A DNA stretch of 63,763 nucleotides, filler included, from Nemertoderma westbladi (Eukaryota > Animalia > Xenacoelomorpha), in the NCBI GenBank assembly GCA_032718475.1. It is 5 parts of 5 records of this genome, joined end to end, with 100 filler letters (N's around TTAATTAATTAA, not from the genome) between each part and the next. Parts side by side here need not be neighbours in the genome. Positions count along the whole stretch, not along the records: positions 58,797 to 63,763 come from JAUCBJ010002665.1; 4 more parts are not named here. One strand, written 5' to 3'. This document shows positions 61,879 through 63,763 of this stretch, in pieces (positions within the stretch are counted from its first letter, which is position 1; every line of letters starts with the position of its first letter). The notes under the pieces were generated by a model that saw only the letters and a program-made list of their open reading frames with translations, did not search any database and was not told where the DNA came from. The position numbers were made by a program, and so were the translations under genes.

Positions 61879-63433
61879 ATCAAACTAATATTTATGAATT
61901 TTACCTCAAGACATTTATCTTACCTTACCTAATTCGTAATACTTTTCAATTAAATTTGTTAGATATAATTTGATTGAACCATTGTAATATGTAGATCGGT
62001 AGATCGGATCTCTTTATTTCACTAAGATGATGTGAGGAACGGCGCAGAGTTGAGAGAGGGAGAGGGGGAGACTGCACATGCAAATCGGGATCGGAACGCT
62101 CTGAATGCTGATTGGTCGTAGTTCGTCCCTGATTGGTCGGAGCTAATGGTTGGCCAAGCACTTACGTTTCGATCCTATTGCACCTATGGGCTGGCGAAGG
62201 TAGGAGGTCGATGCCACGGGTCATGTGACATAGAAACGTATCGGCGTTGGGCAAACCAAACGTGACATCACATGGACAAACTACACGTTTCGATCCCATT
62301 ACAAAGGAATGTCTGCGTGTGCAGACGCAAACGTGATCTCACTGAACAAGCTTATACGAGATTATTCACAATGGTAACAGGCGAAGTGCAATCCTTATTA
62401 TAGGTTGAAAGAGGGATAGTTTTAGGTTCTGAAAAGTACGATTGACGGTCAACACGTGTCTGGGTGTTAAATAAAGGAAATAAAAATCAAATAAACTTTC
62501 ATGGAAAAATATATGTTTTAGTTTTAAACGAAAAAGTTATTTAACAATAAGAATTTTCGCAAAACATGGAAATTTTGAAGTAAACGCACATAATATTAGC
62601 GAAAAGCTTTCTGTGAACATATCTTCTCTGTAACCTGCTAACCAACACGGGTCGCCAAGGTTCCAAACTTGTTTTACCTACCTACCTTATACTTATAATT
62701 AGCTTTTATCGACGGGGATAGTAAATAGAAACTATAAACCTTTTCCTTTGGTGAGAAAATTAACTGACAACGATCACTTTCGGATTAACTTGTAAATACA
62801 TTTATGGTTAAGTTATCCATTAACCCTTAGGGGGGATTCATTGACCGAAGCACTTCGTCTTTGAATTATAATTAGCCCAGATATAATTAAATCCCGCTAA
62901 TTTATTTATATTCATATGTTATGCCAATAAAGTTACATGGTTTGATTGCCAAACAGAATACAAAAGGAATTCTATGGAAATTATGTTTAAGTACATTGAA
63001 ACTGCACTTATGGTGTCTATTACACATTGTTAGAAACTCTAACTGTAATAAACTCAACTAATTGTTTTTGTTACTCAACAAGTTGTTAGTTGTTACCCAC
63101 CTGCTATTTAAAATCATATAGGCCTACCTACATCTCATGTAATATAGTGACTTAATTCAGTTGATTCCCCCTCCCCCCAATTTTTCTTGAAATCTTTCTC
63201 ATATATACATAATATTTCATAAAGTTTGAAATAGTTTTAATAAATAATAATTAATGAATTAATTATTTTTAGCCTACCTCCTCCTAAATGGGTGAGCCGG
63301 AATTTTATTCTATTTAATAAATTCACCATATTCTGGAAAATTTTGTTTATCCAGTTGTCTAGTTTCTGATAAAATAATAAACTGTTCCAGAATATGGTGT
63401 ATTTATCATATAGAATAACCTAGTCCCTCGCAG

Positions 63434-63476
63434 ATGCAAGAGTCTTGTCACTGAATTGCAATAGAGATGGAGTATG
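63434..63476 (+). CDS. Possible 43-nt exon of another gene (Sushi/CCP-like end)
   Basis: cctcgcag|...ARVLSLNCNRDGVW|gtatgt; C..DG.W motif. Confidence 0.3.
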
Positions 63477-63509
63477 GTATGTAAAAGGTCTGGGGAAAAT
63501 AACTATTTA

Positions 63510-63763
63510 TACACCACGTTCCACGTTCTGGAATATAGTGTCGTTATTCTGGTACCTCCCCCCCCCCCCCATACACCACGTCCTGGAATATAGTGTCGTT
63601 ATTCTGCTACCTCCCCCCCCCCCACTCACACCACGTCCTGGAATATAGTGTCGTTATTCTGGTACCTGCCCCCCCCCCCCCACACACCACGTCCTGGAAT
63701 ATAGTGTCGTTATTCTGGTACCTGTCCCCCCCCCCACACACACCACGTCCTGGAATATAGTGT
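63510..63763. repeat. ~57-bp minisatellite with poly-C, running off the window end
   Basis: Unit acaccacgtcctggaatatagtgtcgttattctggtacct(c)n, ~4.5 copies. Confidence 0.9.

Overview
Eukaryotic (animal, probably invertebrate) genomic DNA, not prokaryotic. The window is five unrelated contigs joined by artificial 100-nt linkers (N44-TTAATTAATTAA-N44 at 14952-15051, 32797-32896, 47539-47638, 58697-58796), so adjacency across linkers means nothing. Most of it is decayed, nested transposons: BEL/Pao and Mag-type Gypsy LTR elements, RTE and CR1/L2-group LINEs, a Sola-like transposase, a TA-flanked TIR element, a Helentron/DINE-like element and MITEs, plus many tandem arrays. Host genes recognised by eye: one ODF2/cenexin-like exon missing from the ORF track, two TBC1D16 exons, intronless PEX2, ADCK5 and AIFM1-like genes, three exons of a compact ALPK1, and an intronless NTAN1/CheD-like deamidase-MYND fusion. 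The most striking structure is an ~8.4-kb array of ~215 copies of a 39-bp unit that is the ODF2 exon/intron junction itself (21 nt exon + GTATGT donor and 12 further intron nt). Every extra donor lies behind an in-frame stop. All homology calls come from recalled family motifs; no database searches were run.
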